64,000 nt of DNA from a virus: IMG/VR virus record IMGVR_UViG_3300008448_000012, positions 50,471 to 114,470 of that record. One strand, written 5' to 3'. Below the pieces are notes generated by a model that worked only from the letters and a program-made list of their open reading frames with translations, was not told the origin of the DNA and did not search any database. Position numbers and translations under genes: made by a program. Below, piece by piece: positions 29,035 through 37,200 of this stretch (positions are counted from its first letter, which is position 1; each line of letters starts with the position of its first letter).

Positions 29035-30531
29035 ATGGAAAAAAGAATTTTAAAAGCTTACGAACGTTACGATTATAATGGAAGAGTTGTACCAGGCAGC
29101 CTTGTATTGAGAAGTAAGAAGCCTAAGAACGGTAAATGGAAGGAAGTACAAGCCTATAGATGTTGTAATGAAACAGGAGGTATTTGTACTAATTTCTGGA
29201 TTAACCAAACAGTGAATCCAGATAATCTAGATGGTGTTTGGACAGTAGGATCAGGAATGGATACTCAATGTAATTCATTTATGATAATGGAAGATTACTG
29301 GACCAGTCCAAACAACCCTAATCAAGATTCCCCACAAAACTTAGTGCTACAAAAGTTAAATAACGCTGGTGAGGTAGTTTGGAATAGAGTGTTTGATTTT
29401 GCAGAAAGTGGTGTAGACTATGAATATTTGGAAGCTCAAACAATGGGCGTAGACAAAAATAATAATGTGATTGTTTGTCTAATAGCATATGTTACAGCAA
29501 CTTCTAAACAAAGAACAGGTATCATAAAGTTTGATAATGATGGTAATAAGTTATGGGCAATAATTCTTACAGATTCTATCTATGATCAAGAATATGTAAC
29601 CTCTATAAAATTTGATAGTTTTAATAATATTTATCTTGCTATTCGTGGAGGTGGAAGTACAGGTGGTATAATAAAAGTTACTCCAGAAGGTGCAATAGTA
29701 GACAAAAAGTATTTAGTCCATCTATACAACCTAGATGAGTGTTATATAGAAGTGAATTCAAATAACGAAATTTATTTGATAACCAAATATTATGGTCCTC
29801 CACCCATTTATAACGCTCGTATTATTAAATTGGATTCTTCTCTAAATGAAATTTGGAATAAGAGCTTTGATCCAGATACAGGTGGTACTCCATATGGTAT
29901 AGCATTAGATGCAAATGAGAATATAGTATTTCAAATAGGTAATGGAATTGGTGCAAATACATCATCTCTATTTGGAGCATACATAAAGGTGTCACCAGAA
30001 GGAAACTTTATTTGGGCTACTAGGATATCTAATACTATAGATCCTGATGTTTCTCTTGGAACTTTTCAATTAGACTCTGATAAAAGCGGTAATGTATATA
30101 TTTCATCAGGTTATCCATCCTCAATTCCTGGATATAGTACTAATCCAAGCAATACAGTAATTATAGCAAAACTGTTACCAAATGGATCTCTTGATTGGGT
30201 TTATGGTATAGAGTCTGTTAGTAGCATATATCCTTGGTATTGGAGTAGTCCAATAGTGGGAAAAGTTGTAAACAATGCTCTTATTCTTGCATATTATAAT
30301 GATGGAGATCCATTTGATGCACAATTGTTTAAACTTCCATTAACTGCTGTAGCTGACGGTACATATGGAGATTATACATTTACAAACATCACTAACTTAT
30401 GGACAACATCAAATCCTTCAATTATACTTAGTGATGCTGAAAGTATTTGGACATCTGATTCTACAAATTCAGTGGAATTGAACTATCTTACATTTGAGGG
30501 AACTTACACAACAACACTTACATCTTTGTAA
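29035..30531 (+). CDS. KR..CC anchor family paralog 3 with beta-propeller-like domain
   Basis: Start ATG 29035 (MEKRILKAYERYD). Repeats KLNNAGEVVW, KFDNDGNKLW, KLDSSLNEIW, KVSPEGNFIW and KLLPNGSLDW. Confidence 0.75.
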   Translation: MEKRILKAYERYDYNGRVVPGSLVLRSKKPKNGKWKEVQAYRCCNETGGICTNFWINQTVNPDNLDGVWTVGSGMDTQCNSFMIMEDYWTSPNNPNQDSPQNLVLQKLNNAGEVVWNRVFDFAESGVDYEYLEAQTMGVDKNNNVIVCLIAYVTATSKQRTGIIKFDNDGNKLWAIILTDSIYDQEYVTSIKFDSFNNIYLAIRGGGSTGGIIKVTPEGAIVDKKYLVHLYNLDECYIEVNSNNEIYLITKYYGPPPIYNARIIKLDSSLNEIWNKSFDPDTGGTPYGIALDANENIVFQIGNGIGANTSSLFGAYIKVSPEGNFIWATRISNTIDPDVSLGTFQLDSDKSGNVYISSGYPSSIPGYSTNPSNTVIIAKLLPNGSLDWVYGIESVSSIYPWYWSSPIVGKVVNNALILAYYNDGDPFDAQLFKLPLTAVADGTYGDYTFTNITNLWTTSNPSIILSDAESIWTSDSTNSVELNYLTFEGTYTTTLTSL

Positions 30532-30533
30532 TT

Positions 30534-30662
30534 ATGGAAACTACCACAACCACTACTACATCTGCTCCTGTTGAAAAATTATACGGTAGAGAACTTGCAG
30601 ATAAATTGAGAGAAGAAAGAGAGCAAAAAAGAGTTGCCAGACTTCAGTCTTCTCAACAGTAA
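30534..30662 (+). CDS. 42-aa peptide with N-terminal poly-Thr (not in track)
   Basis: METTTTTTTSAPVEKLYGRELADKLREEREQKRVARLQSSQQ; tightly packed between its neighbours. Confidence 0.7.
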   Translation: METTTTTTTSAPVEKLYGRELADKLREEREQKRVARLQSSQQ

Positions 30663-30680
30663 TATATTAAAATAGAAGAA

Positions 30681-31589
30681 ATGGATAAAAGAATTCTTAA
30701 AGCTTACGAAAGATATGACTACAATGGTAAAGTTGTTTCTGGTAGTCTTGTACTCAGATACAAAAAGCCTAAAAATGGTAAATGGAAAGAGTTGACAAGT
30801 TATGAGTGTTGTAACGACATAACAACTACCACTACAATTCCTCCAGCATTTAGAATGTTTGCAACTACTACATCTCCTAGTCAGACATTTCAATTCTCAA
30901 TAGGATCATTAGGAGGAGTTTTACCACTTAATATAGATTGGGGTGATGGTAATTCAGAAACAGTTAGTACTCCTACATACTCATCATCTGATCTAGCACA
31001 TACATATGTTTCCCCAGGTTCATATGTAGTGACTCTTACTAGTACTTCTCCTCAATACTTTGGTGTCTTAAATTCATTTACATCAATTCTAAAAAATATA
31101 ACTGGATGGGATCAGTTTCCAAATATGACAGGTTTATACATAAGTAATGGTGGATTTACATCAGTAGACTTTGGCACTCTAAATTTCTTAAGTTCAGTAA
31201 CTCTTATAGACATGCCAAGTCTTACATCTTTTACATTTACAAGTCTTCCTGCATTAAGTTTCTTACATTTGTATGGTACTAATATATCAGGAAATTTGTT
31301 TAGTGGGAAATCTCTTCCACTTCTTAGTGAGCTTAATGCTGCTTATACAGATATCACCAACATTGACTTATCAGGACTTCCAGACTTATACATCTTACGT
31401 TTGATGGGCTGTGCTATAACAAATAGTACAGATATTGATAACATATTTATTGGTATTCTTGCTAATGATAGAACAGGTGGTGTAATTGATGTAAGTGGAG
31501 GAACTAATGCTGCTCCAACAGCTGCTAGTGCTGCTGCTAGAGCCACTCTTACAAACTTTGATTACGACTACTATTTAGCTTACAATTAA
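30681..31589 (+). CDS. KR..CC anchor family paralog 4 with Thr linker, PKD-like and LRR domains
   Basis: Anchor, then TTTTTIPP, IDWGDGNSETV..HTYVSPGSYVVTL (PKD-like) and LP.L..L.L repeats (LRR). Confidence 0.75.
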   Translation: MDKRILKAYERYDYNGKVVSGSLVLRYKKPKNGKWKELTSYECCNDITTTTTIPPAFRMFATTTSPSQTFQFSIGSLGGVLPLNIDWGDGNSETVSTPTYSSSDLAHTYVSPGSYVVTLTSTSPQYFGVLNSFTSILKNITGWDQFPNMTGLYISNGGFTSVDFGTLNFLSSVTLIDMPSLTSFTFTSLPALSFLHLYGTNISGNLFSGKSLPLLSELNAAYTDITNIDLSGLPDLYILRLMGCAITNSTDIDNIFIGILANDRTGGVIDVSGGTNAAPTAASAAARATLTNFDYDYYLAYN

Positions 31590-31604
31590 TAAAACAAATA
31601 TAAA

Positions 31605-32015
31605 ATGGCAAAATCCCTATTTCCAGAAGACATGATGTCAAAGTCTGGAGGAGCTATGACTCTTGAAACCATCGCAGCTAAGCTCACTTATTTTCATGAG
31701 CAATTGCATCTATTGCATTGGCAAACAAGCTCTTATGCTGAGCATCAAGCTCTTGGAGGATTGTACGATTATGTACATGATTTCAAAGATGGATTGATTG
31801 AAAAGATTATGGGATATACAGGGAAGCGTCCTAGTGGTTATAAAATTGATTCAGTTACAGCAACAGCTGCCACTTCTGTAGTTAGTGAACTTATGGCATT
31901 TGCTTCTAGTCTAAAAGATTATGGAGAAGCAAATTCATATCACGATGTTTGTAATCTTGCTGATTCTCTTTCTGGAGAAGCAGCTAAAACTAAATATCTG
32001 CTAACCCTCAGCTAA
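31605..32015 (+). CDS. Ferritin/Dps-like protein (DUF5856-like)
   Basis: LHLLHWQTSSYAEHQALGGLYD...DGLIE...KTKYLLTL pattern. Confidence 0.75.
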   Translation: MAKSLFPEDMMSKSGGAMTLETIAAKLTYFHEQLHLLHWQTSSYAEHQALGGLYDYVHDFKDGLIEKIMGYTGKRPSGYKIDSVTATAATSVVSELMAFASSLKDYGEANSYHDVCNLADSLSGEAAKTKYLLTLS

Positions 32016-32296
32016 TGCAAATACATACAAAATTCTTTCCCCAAGTGTTGCAAGATAATGAAATAGCTTATTTTGCACACTTGGAGGGAATTTTAGAGGC
32101 AGTGGATGAATTGGCTTCTTTAGAGATAACAAAAAATCCACACTCATACCACTTTAGACTAGCTCCTTCTCTACCAAAATATAACGACATGTTATTGGAA
32201 GAGCTATTAAAGTTTCACAATTTGCTGCAGATAAAGCTGAATCTCAGCAAGAGTATAAAAAGTTCAGCAACAATAGTATTTGAAATTTCAATTTAA
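32015..32296 (+). CDS. Hypothetical protein
   Basis: 93-aa ORF, TAATG-coupled to the upstream gene. Confidence 0.6.
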   Translation: MQIHTKFFPQVLQDNEIAYFAHLEGILEAVDELASLEITKNPHSYHFRLAPSLPKYNDMLLEELLKFHNLLQIKLNLSKSIKSSATIVFEISI

Positions 32297-32301
32297 CTGA
32301 C

Positions 32302-32772
32302 ATGCCTACATTTATTAAAACAGGATTTTGGGAAAAACTGTCTAAAGCTCCCAAGGAATATTTGAATCTTGACAACCTCATCCAATCAATTGGAGGAGGA
32401 GGAGGTGGTTCCTATCTTAAATATATTGCTTCAATGGGGCAAGTTGGAATCAGTGACCCTCAGGTGATTGTTCATGAGAACACAATAGGTAATATTGTTT
32501 GGACAAGAGATTCTGATGGTTTATATATAGCCACTTTAGCAGGAGCATTTCCTAACGGAAAAGTTTGGTGCAATGTAACCTCAGGTTCCAACTATGGCAA
32601 CACTACAATTCCTATTGGGTTTGCAAAAGAAAATTTTAATTCAAATGATTCACTTGCACTTCGTACAGGATATATTGATGCTACAGGTGCAGATGTTCCT
32701 GTAGATATAAATTCAAATTTTGGACCTAATGTTGTTTATGAGTATTCTATTGAAATTCGTGTATACCCATAA
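32302..32772 (+). CDS. Putative virion protein (short N-terminal module, Gly linker, beta domain)
   Basis: MPTFIKTGFWE...GGGGGG-YLKY...ENTIGNIVWTR..GLY. Confidence 0.55.
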   Translation: MPTFIKTGFWEKLSKAPKEYLNLDNLIQSIGGGGGGSYLKYIASMGQVGISDPQVIVHENTIGNIVWTRDSDGLYIATLAGAFPNGKVWCNVTSGSNYGNTTIPIGFAKENFNSNDSLALRTGYIDATGADVPVDINSNFGPNVVYEYSIEIRVYP

Positions 32773-32778
32773 AATAAA

Positions 32779-32810
32779 TTTGGTAAATCCAAATTAATTT
32801 ATTACATTCG
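32779..32810 (+). promoter_or_regulatory. Bacteroidota-type promoter (variant)
   Basis: TTTG-N20-TACATTCG; shares the 18-bp CCCATAAAATAAATTTGG with the 20049 promoter. Confidence 0.65.
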
Positions 32811-32826
32811 CCCCTAAAACCAATTT

Positions 32827-33054
32827 ATGGAAAAAATTAAATACGATCCTACAAAATCCTACAAATGGACACCAGATGATTCTTTTATTTTGTCTGGAGG
32901 AGAATTCGGAACAATTCTAAATGCATTCCGTGCTGTACTTTCTTCTCAAGAAGCCCAAAAAATCATTGCTGTTGAAAGAGCAAATGATTTGCTTGAGGGA
33001 GTTTTGAAGAAAGCTGTAGAAGATGGAATTGCTGTAGAGTCAAATAATGAGTAA
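32827..33054 (+). CDS. Hypothetical protein
   Basis: 75-aa ORF downstream of the promoter. Confidence 0.65.
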   Translation: MEKIKYDPTKSYKWTPDDSFILSGGEFGTILNAFRAVLSSQEAQKIIAVERANDLLEGVLKKAVEDGIAVESNNE

Positions 33055-33227
33055 TGAAAAAACAAATGATTAAACGCAAGGATGGTTCTGTCTCACAACG
33101 TGGTTTGTGGGACAACTTGAGGAGCAAAGCTGCTGAAAATAAAGCATCAGGAGCTAAGCCCAAAAAACCTACAGCCCAAATGCTTAAGCAAGAGAAGAAG
33201 ATTAAAGCTGCTTCTAAGAAGAAATGA
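33054..33227 (+). CDS. Small Lys-rich protein (57 aa, not in track)
   Basis: MKKQMIKRKDGSVSQRGLWDNLRSKAAENK...KAASKKK; TAATG coupling. Confidence 0.7.
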   Translation: MKKQMIKRKDGSVSQRGLWDNLRSKAAENKASGAKPKKPTAQMLKQEKKIKAASKKK

Positions 33228-33304
33228 AAATGTGTGGTATCCATATAATCCCTTTGGATGAACATGGACTATGTCCAATATGTCTAAATGATAAAAACAC
33301 TTAA
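33224..33304 (+). CDS. 26-aa putative zinc-binding micro-protein (not in track)
   Basis: MKMCGIHIIPLDEHGLCPICLNDKNT with CxxH...CxxC; ATGA coupling. Confidence 0.5.
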   Translation: MKMCGIHIIPLDEHGLCPICLNDKNT

Positions 33305-33306
33305 TT

Positions 33307-33462
33307 ATGGCAAAGGTAAGCAAAGCTAAAAACATCTCTGCAGGTGTTGGTGGCAAAGGTAAGAAAGCTCCTATGGTAGATCCCAAAGGTGCTTATACAA
33401 AAGTGCAAGAACGCACTCTTGGTAACATGAAGAAAGGCGGTAAAGTTTCTAAAAAGAAATAA
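33307..33462 (+). CDS. Small Lys-rich protein with MKKGG motif (51 aa, not in track)
   Basis: MAKVSKAKNISAGVGGKGKKAPMVDPKGAYTKVQERTLGNMKKGGKVSKKK. Confidence 0.7.
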   Translation: MAKVSKAKNISAGVGGKGKKAPMVDPKGAYTKVQERTLGNMKKGGKVSKKK

Positions 33463-33464
33463 CC

Positions 33465-33626
33465 ATGGCTACAGATAAAAAGTGGATACAAAAAGCCACT
33501 GCTTCTATTAAACGTAGAGGTACAGAAGGTAAATGTACCCCCATCACTAAACCTGGATGCACAGGTAAAGCTAAAGCCCTTGCCAAGACTTTCAAGAAAA
33601 TGGCTAAAGCCCGTAAAGGCAAATGA
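33465..33626 (+). CDS. Small Lys-rich protein (53 aa, not in track)
   Basis: MATDKKWIQKATASIKRRGTEGKCTPITKPGCTGKAKALAKTFKKMAKARKGK. Confidence 0.7.
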   Translation: MATDKKWIQKATASIKRRGTEGKCTPITKPGCTGKAKALAKTFKKMAKARKGK

Positions 33627-33826
33627 CAATATTCGAACCATCAAATCGTGTTGAGGTTTCTACTCCCAAAGGTGATGGAGTCATTTGGTTAGTGACCGAG
33701 TTTGGTCATGAAACAGATACAATTTACACTGTAATTATTAATGATACAGGTGAAATGTGGCAGTTGCGTCATAAAGATATTATTGTAAAGAACAACATTA
33801 CTTTTGGTAGAAATGGCAACTATTAA
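33623..33826 (+). CDS. Hypothetical protein
   Basis: 67 aa, ATGA-coupled. Confidence 0.6.
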   Translation: MTIFEPSNRVEVSTPKGDGVIWLVTEFGHETDTIYTVIINDTGEMWQLRHKDIIVKNNITFGRNGNY

Positions 33827-34172
33827 AAAACTTCTTCAGGATGCTCCTAGGATGAGAGGTGTTACACCTGTTCCTAATGGACCATTGGTTAAGAAGAAAG
33901 GACCTTATAAAGGATCCACACTTAAATCAGGTGGTAAGGTGAAGGTTGTTGCTGGTGGTGAAAAGCACGTAGTTTACAAAGCTTCAAAGAAAACTTCTAA
34001 AGGTAAACCTGGAGATGTTATGGTGAATCATCCTACAATGGATAAAGGTAAATGGGATACCATTAATCTTACCAAGAAAGGAAAAGCCAAAACTGTTAAA
34101 CAGGGAGTTGCTGCTACAAAGAAATGGCACAAAGACAACCCTGATTATAAATACAAGGGTAAAAAGAAATAA
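33813..34172 (+). CDS. Lys-rich protein with LKSGG motif
   Basis: Start ATG 33813 (MATIKK). Confidence 0.7.
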   Translation: MATIKKLLQDAPRMRGVTPVPNGPLVKKKGPYKGSTLKSGGKVKVVAGGEKHVVYKASKKTSKGKPGDVMVNHPTMDKGKWDTINLTKKGKAKTVKQGVAATKKWHKDNPDYKYKGKKK

Positions 34173-34173
34173 A

Positions 34174-34476
34174 ATGGCTACTGTTAAAAAAGTTATGAAG
34201 TCTGGTGGTAAAACACCTGCTTGGACACGTTCTGAAGGAAAGGATCCAAAAGGAGGTCTCAACCGTAAGGGTGTAGCTAGTTATAGAGCTGCTAATCCTG
34301 GCAGTAAGTTAAAGATGGCTGTAACTACACCTCCTTCTAAGTTAAAGAAAGGTAGTAAGGCAGCAAAAAGAAGAAAAAGTTTTTGTGCCCGAATGTCAGG
34401 AGTTAAAGGTCCTATGAAAAAACCAAATGGTAAACCTACAAGAAAAGCTCTTGCTCTTCGTAAATGGAATTGTTAA
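34174..34476 (+). CDS. Basic phage protein (DUF6321-like)
   Basis: Start ATG 34174. PAWTRSEGKDPKGGLNRKG..RRKSFCARM...ALRKWNC is a widespread phage family pattern. Confidence 0.7.
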   Translation: MATVKKVMKSGGKTPAWTRSEGKDPKGGLNRKGVASYRAANPGSKLKMAVTTPPSKLKKGSKAAKRRKSFCARMSGVKGPMKKPNGKPTRKALALRKWNC

Positions 34477-34495
34477 TCATAAAAATTAATATAAA

Positions 34496-34765
34496 ATGGC
34501 AACTGTTAAAAAGAAAATGAAATCTGGTGGATCTCTTGGTATGAAATCAGTTAAGGCTGGTTATGACAAGAATCCTTCTGTAACTAGGGCTGACGTTATC
34601 GTAGCTGCTAAGGGTGAAGCTAAACATGGTACTAAAATGAAGAAAGCTAAAAGTGGTGCTGCTTTGAAAAAGCAAGCTGCTACAGCTATTGCCATGAAAA
34701 AAGCTGGTAAGGCTCCCAAGAAGATGATGAAGATGGGTGGTAAATGTAAATATGGTTGCAAATGA
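34496..34765 (+). CDS. Lys/Ala-rich histone-like protein with repeated xKxG(G) motifs
   Basis: MATVKK, MKSGG, AKHG, AKSG and MKMGG. Confidence 0.7.
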   Translation: MATVKKKMKSGGSLGMKSVKAGYDKNPSVTRADVIVAAKGEAKHGTKMKKAKSGAALKKQAATAIAMKKAGKAPKKMMKMGGKCKYGCK

Positions 34766-34899
34766 AATCAGGCAAACCAAAGAAAGCTCCTAAAGTGAAA
34801 AATCCTCGTCCAAAGGATAATTACATGAAGGAAGCTGATACAAAGCTTAGACTCAAAAGTCCTCAATGGCCTATGAAGCAGAAGAGATTATCAAAATAA
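34762..34899 (+). CDS. Small Lys-rich protein (45 aa, not in track)
   Basis: MKSGKPKKAPKVKNPRPKDNYMKEADTKLRLKSPQWPMKQKRLSK; ends at the terminator. Confidence 0.65.
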   Translation: MKSGKPKKAPKVKNPRPKDNYMKEADTKLRLKSPQWPMKQKRLSK

Positions 34900-34900
34900 G

Positions 34901-34930
34901 AAAAGCCCCAATTAATTTTGGGGCTTTTTT
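34901..34930. terminator. Bidirectional intrinsic terminator at the arm convergence
   Basis: AAAAGCCCCAA-TTAATT-TTGGGGCTTTTTT between convergent genes. Confidence 0.85.
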
Positions 34931-35598
34931 ATTTTCTTATAATAGTCTTGTTTAAACCTTGGAGATAGTGTAATCACTCCTTTTGTATTATCCAACACCT
35001 TGTCTGCCTTGTTTAGGATTGTTTCATTGGATTGTTTACCCAGTCCTGATATATGTAGAGTGTTCATTCCCCATCTATATATCATTGTTGGATCATCTAT
35101 GGTGTATATTTTGGCATTGTTTGAAAATGTAATGTCAGCATCCTCATCTCCACTTTTATCTGGAAACTTGATTCTGTCTAAATAGGATTTAGTGTATACA
35201 TTCCCATTATTTACACTGCCTGTAATTTTATCATAGACATTGTTCACAAAGAAATAGTGTCCCTTGCTTCTGTATATTTCATATCCAGGATTGGATTGAA
35301 TTGCTTCAGACACAATCTTCAATCCTCCATCATACAAAAGATCATCATCATCGAGTCTATATATGTAATCATATTTACACTGCTTATATCCCCATTCAAG
35401 TTTAGAGGCTATAGATGGAAATCTTTCTTTACAATTGATAACTCTCACCCTGTCATGGTTATAAACATAATCCACTTCTGGATTATCATTTATAATAACC
35501 ATTTCACAATTAAGTGAATCATCCTGTTGTAAAAAAGATTCAATAGCTTCTTCAAGAAGATGATGTCTTTTATATGTTATTGTAAGTGTAGATATCAT
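34912..35598 (-). CDS. Glycosyltransferase family 2
   Basis: ITYKRHHLLEEAIESFLQQ, EMVIIND and IYRLDDDD. Confidence 0.85.
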   Translation of the reverse strand: MISTLTITYKRHHLLEEAIESFLQQDDSLNCEMVIINDNPEVDYVYNHDRVRVINCKERFPSIASKLEWGYKQCKYDYIYRLDDDDLLYDGGLKIVSEAIQSNPGYEIYRSKGHYFFVNNVYDKITGSVNNGNVYTKSYLDRIKFPDKSGDEDADITFSNNAKIYTIDDPTMIYRWGMNTLHISGLGKQSNETILNKADKVLDNTKGVITLSPRFKQDYYKKIKKPQN

Positions 35599-35957
35599 TA
35601 GTATACCATCTCTTTGGCTAATCCTTTATCAAGAAGTACAGCGTTAAGATGCATGCTATAACCTTCACCACAATATACATCCACAAGTGGTCGTCCATAT
35701 TTGTCCAGGTCCTTACTCTTGATGATGATTGTTGATCCTTCAGGGAGATTGGCTTTAGTGAACTCTTTAGATTCCAAGCCTCGTTTCTTTTCTTCAGCAT
35801 CTTTAGTCTTTGTCTCAGGGGTATTAATTCCATAAAATCTACATGGAGATTTGAAATAGGTTCTGAATCCTAAGTCAATAAGCAAATCAGCAGTGTCTCC
35901 ATCAAGCACCCTAATGATTGTAGCTTTATAATAATGCAAGTTACTTTCCATACTCAT
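35598..35957 (-). CDS. Thermonuclease (SNase-like)
   Basis: RVLDGDT..., RFYGINTPE and DKYGRPL. Confidence 0.85.
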   Translation of the reverse strand: MSMESNLHYYKATIIRVLDGDTADLLIDLGFRTYFKSPCRFYGINTPETKTKDAEEKKRGLESKEFTKANLPEGSTIIIKSKDLDKYGRPLVDVYCGEGYSMHLNAVLLDKGLAKEMVY

Positions 35958-36594
35958 AGTCTAGAATTTTGCCCACAAGATCGCTCCTGTGATTTTCTTT
36001 AAGTTTAATGTATTGAATATCATCTATTCTTTTTGAGAGCTCAATAGCATAAGCCAACCCATTCATACCGTTGTCCCTGATATCTGTCTGTTCAAGATCA
36101 CCATTAATGATAATCTTTCCTGTTTTACCAATCCTTGTAAGAATTGCAAGCATCTGGGCTTTAGTCAGGTTTTGGGCTTCTTCTACAATAAGCACATCAT
36201 CAATAGTCTTACCACGAATAAACTGTACAGGATAGGTGAGAATCTTCTTTCCCTCTATCAGTTCCTGTATCTTTATTGCATCGTAACACTTGAGAAGGTT
36301 CTCTTGGAATGCTTCCAAATAGGGATTGAATTTATCATCAATACCTCCAGGAAGAAATCCCAATGAATTACCCACCTCAATTGTAGCTCTTGTAATAAAC
36401 ACCTTATCACATTGCTTCTTAAACAGAAAGTCTAAAGCACATTGTGCACTAACCAATGATTTACCACAACCTGCTCTTCCTGTAATTACAACTATTTGGT
36501 TTTCAATTATGAGCCTCTTTGCTTCCTTCTGCTCATCATTCAATGTCACCTTATACTTAATATCACTTTTGTACTCACGTTTAGGCTCTCGCAT
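35941..36594 (-). CDS. phoH: PhoH-like ATPase
   Basis: GRAGCGKS, LGFLPGG, RGKT, EEAQN and GDLEQTD. Confidence 0.9.
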   Translation of the reverse strand: MREPKREYKSDIKYKVTLNDEQKEAKRLIIENQIVVITGRAGCGKSLVSAQCALDFLFKKQCDKVFITRATIEVGNSLGFLPGGIDDKFNPYLEAFQENLLKCYDAIKIQELIEGKKILTYPVQFIRGKTIDDVLIVEEAQNLTKAQMLAILTRIGKTGKIIINGDLEQTDIRDNGMNGLAYAIELSKRIDDIQYIKLKENHRSDLVGKILDYEYGK

Positions 36595-36970
36595 ATTTTT
36601 CAAGTAGTTTATCTCTTCTAGAATTTATTTCCTCATACCTATACATATCCATTTCAACCTGATCATGTTCTTGCCATGTTAATAAGACAATGTTTTCAGG
36701 ATCATAAGCTGCTTCTGGATATTTTTCTTTTGGAAGAATGTGATGAAAGAACACTGTCAATGGTTCATTCCCAAGAAATACATTGCTCACCTCAGAAAAG
36801 TGTCTACGTTGTGCCCAAACTTCTTTAAAGAAATCTTTCATTTCTCTTATCTGTATGCCACATTTACCATCTTTACATGTCCACTTTCTTGTTCTAGCCA
36901 TTGCTTTCCTAGGTTTACATCTGAAACAATATTCACTATCAGCGTTCTTTCCGCATTTGATACATTTCAT
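36581..36970 (-). CDS. HNH-like/NinG-like protein with N-terminal Zn finger
   Basis: CIKC..YCFRC and FHHILPK..YPE...ENIVLL...EH. Confidence 0.55.
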   Translation of the reverse strand: MKCIKCGKNADSEYCFRCKPRKAMARTRKWTCKDGKCGIQIREMKDFFKEVWAQRRHFSEVSNVFLGNEPLTVFFHHILPKEKYPEAAYDPENIVLLTWQEHDQVEMDMYRYEEINSRRDKLLEKYARA

Positions 36971-37200
36971 TTGATTTTTTTATAAGCTGCCCATCCAACT
37001 TTAATATTGTACATGTCTATAAGAAAGTTAACCTTCTCCTTCCAGAGTCTGTATTCCTTCTTACGTTTGTCAATTTTATCCTCTTCATATTCCAAACGCT
37101 CAATCTCTTCTTTGATTTCAGCAGCGTTCAGGTATTGTTTCTTGAAAAGGTTTAAGTCATTCTCCTCAATATCGAGGATCAAGTTAGTCTTCTTGCTCAC
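36967..37200 (-). CDS. Hypothetical protein
   Basis: 77 aa, coupled to its neighbours. Confidence 0.55.
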   Translation of the reverse strand: MSKKTNLILDIEENDLNLFKKQYLNAAEIKEEIERLEYEEDKIDKRKKEYRLWKEKVNFLIDMYNIKVGWAAYKKIK

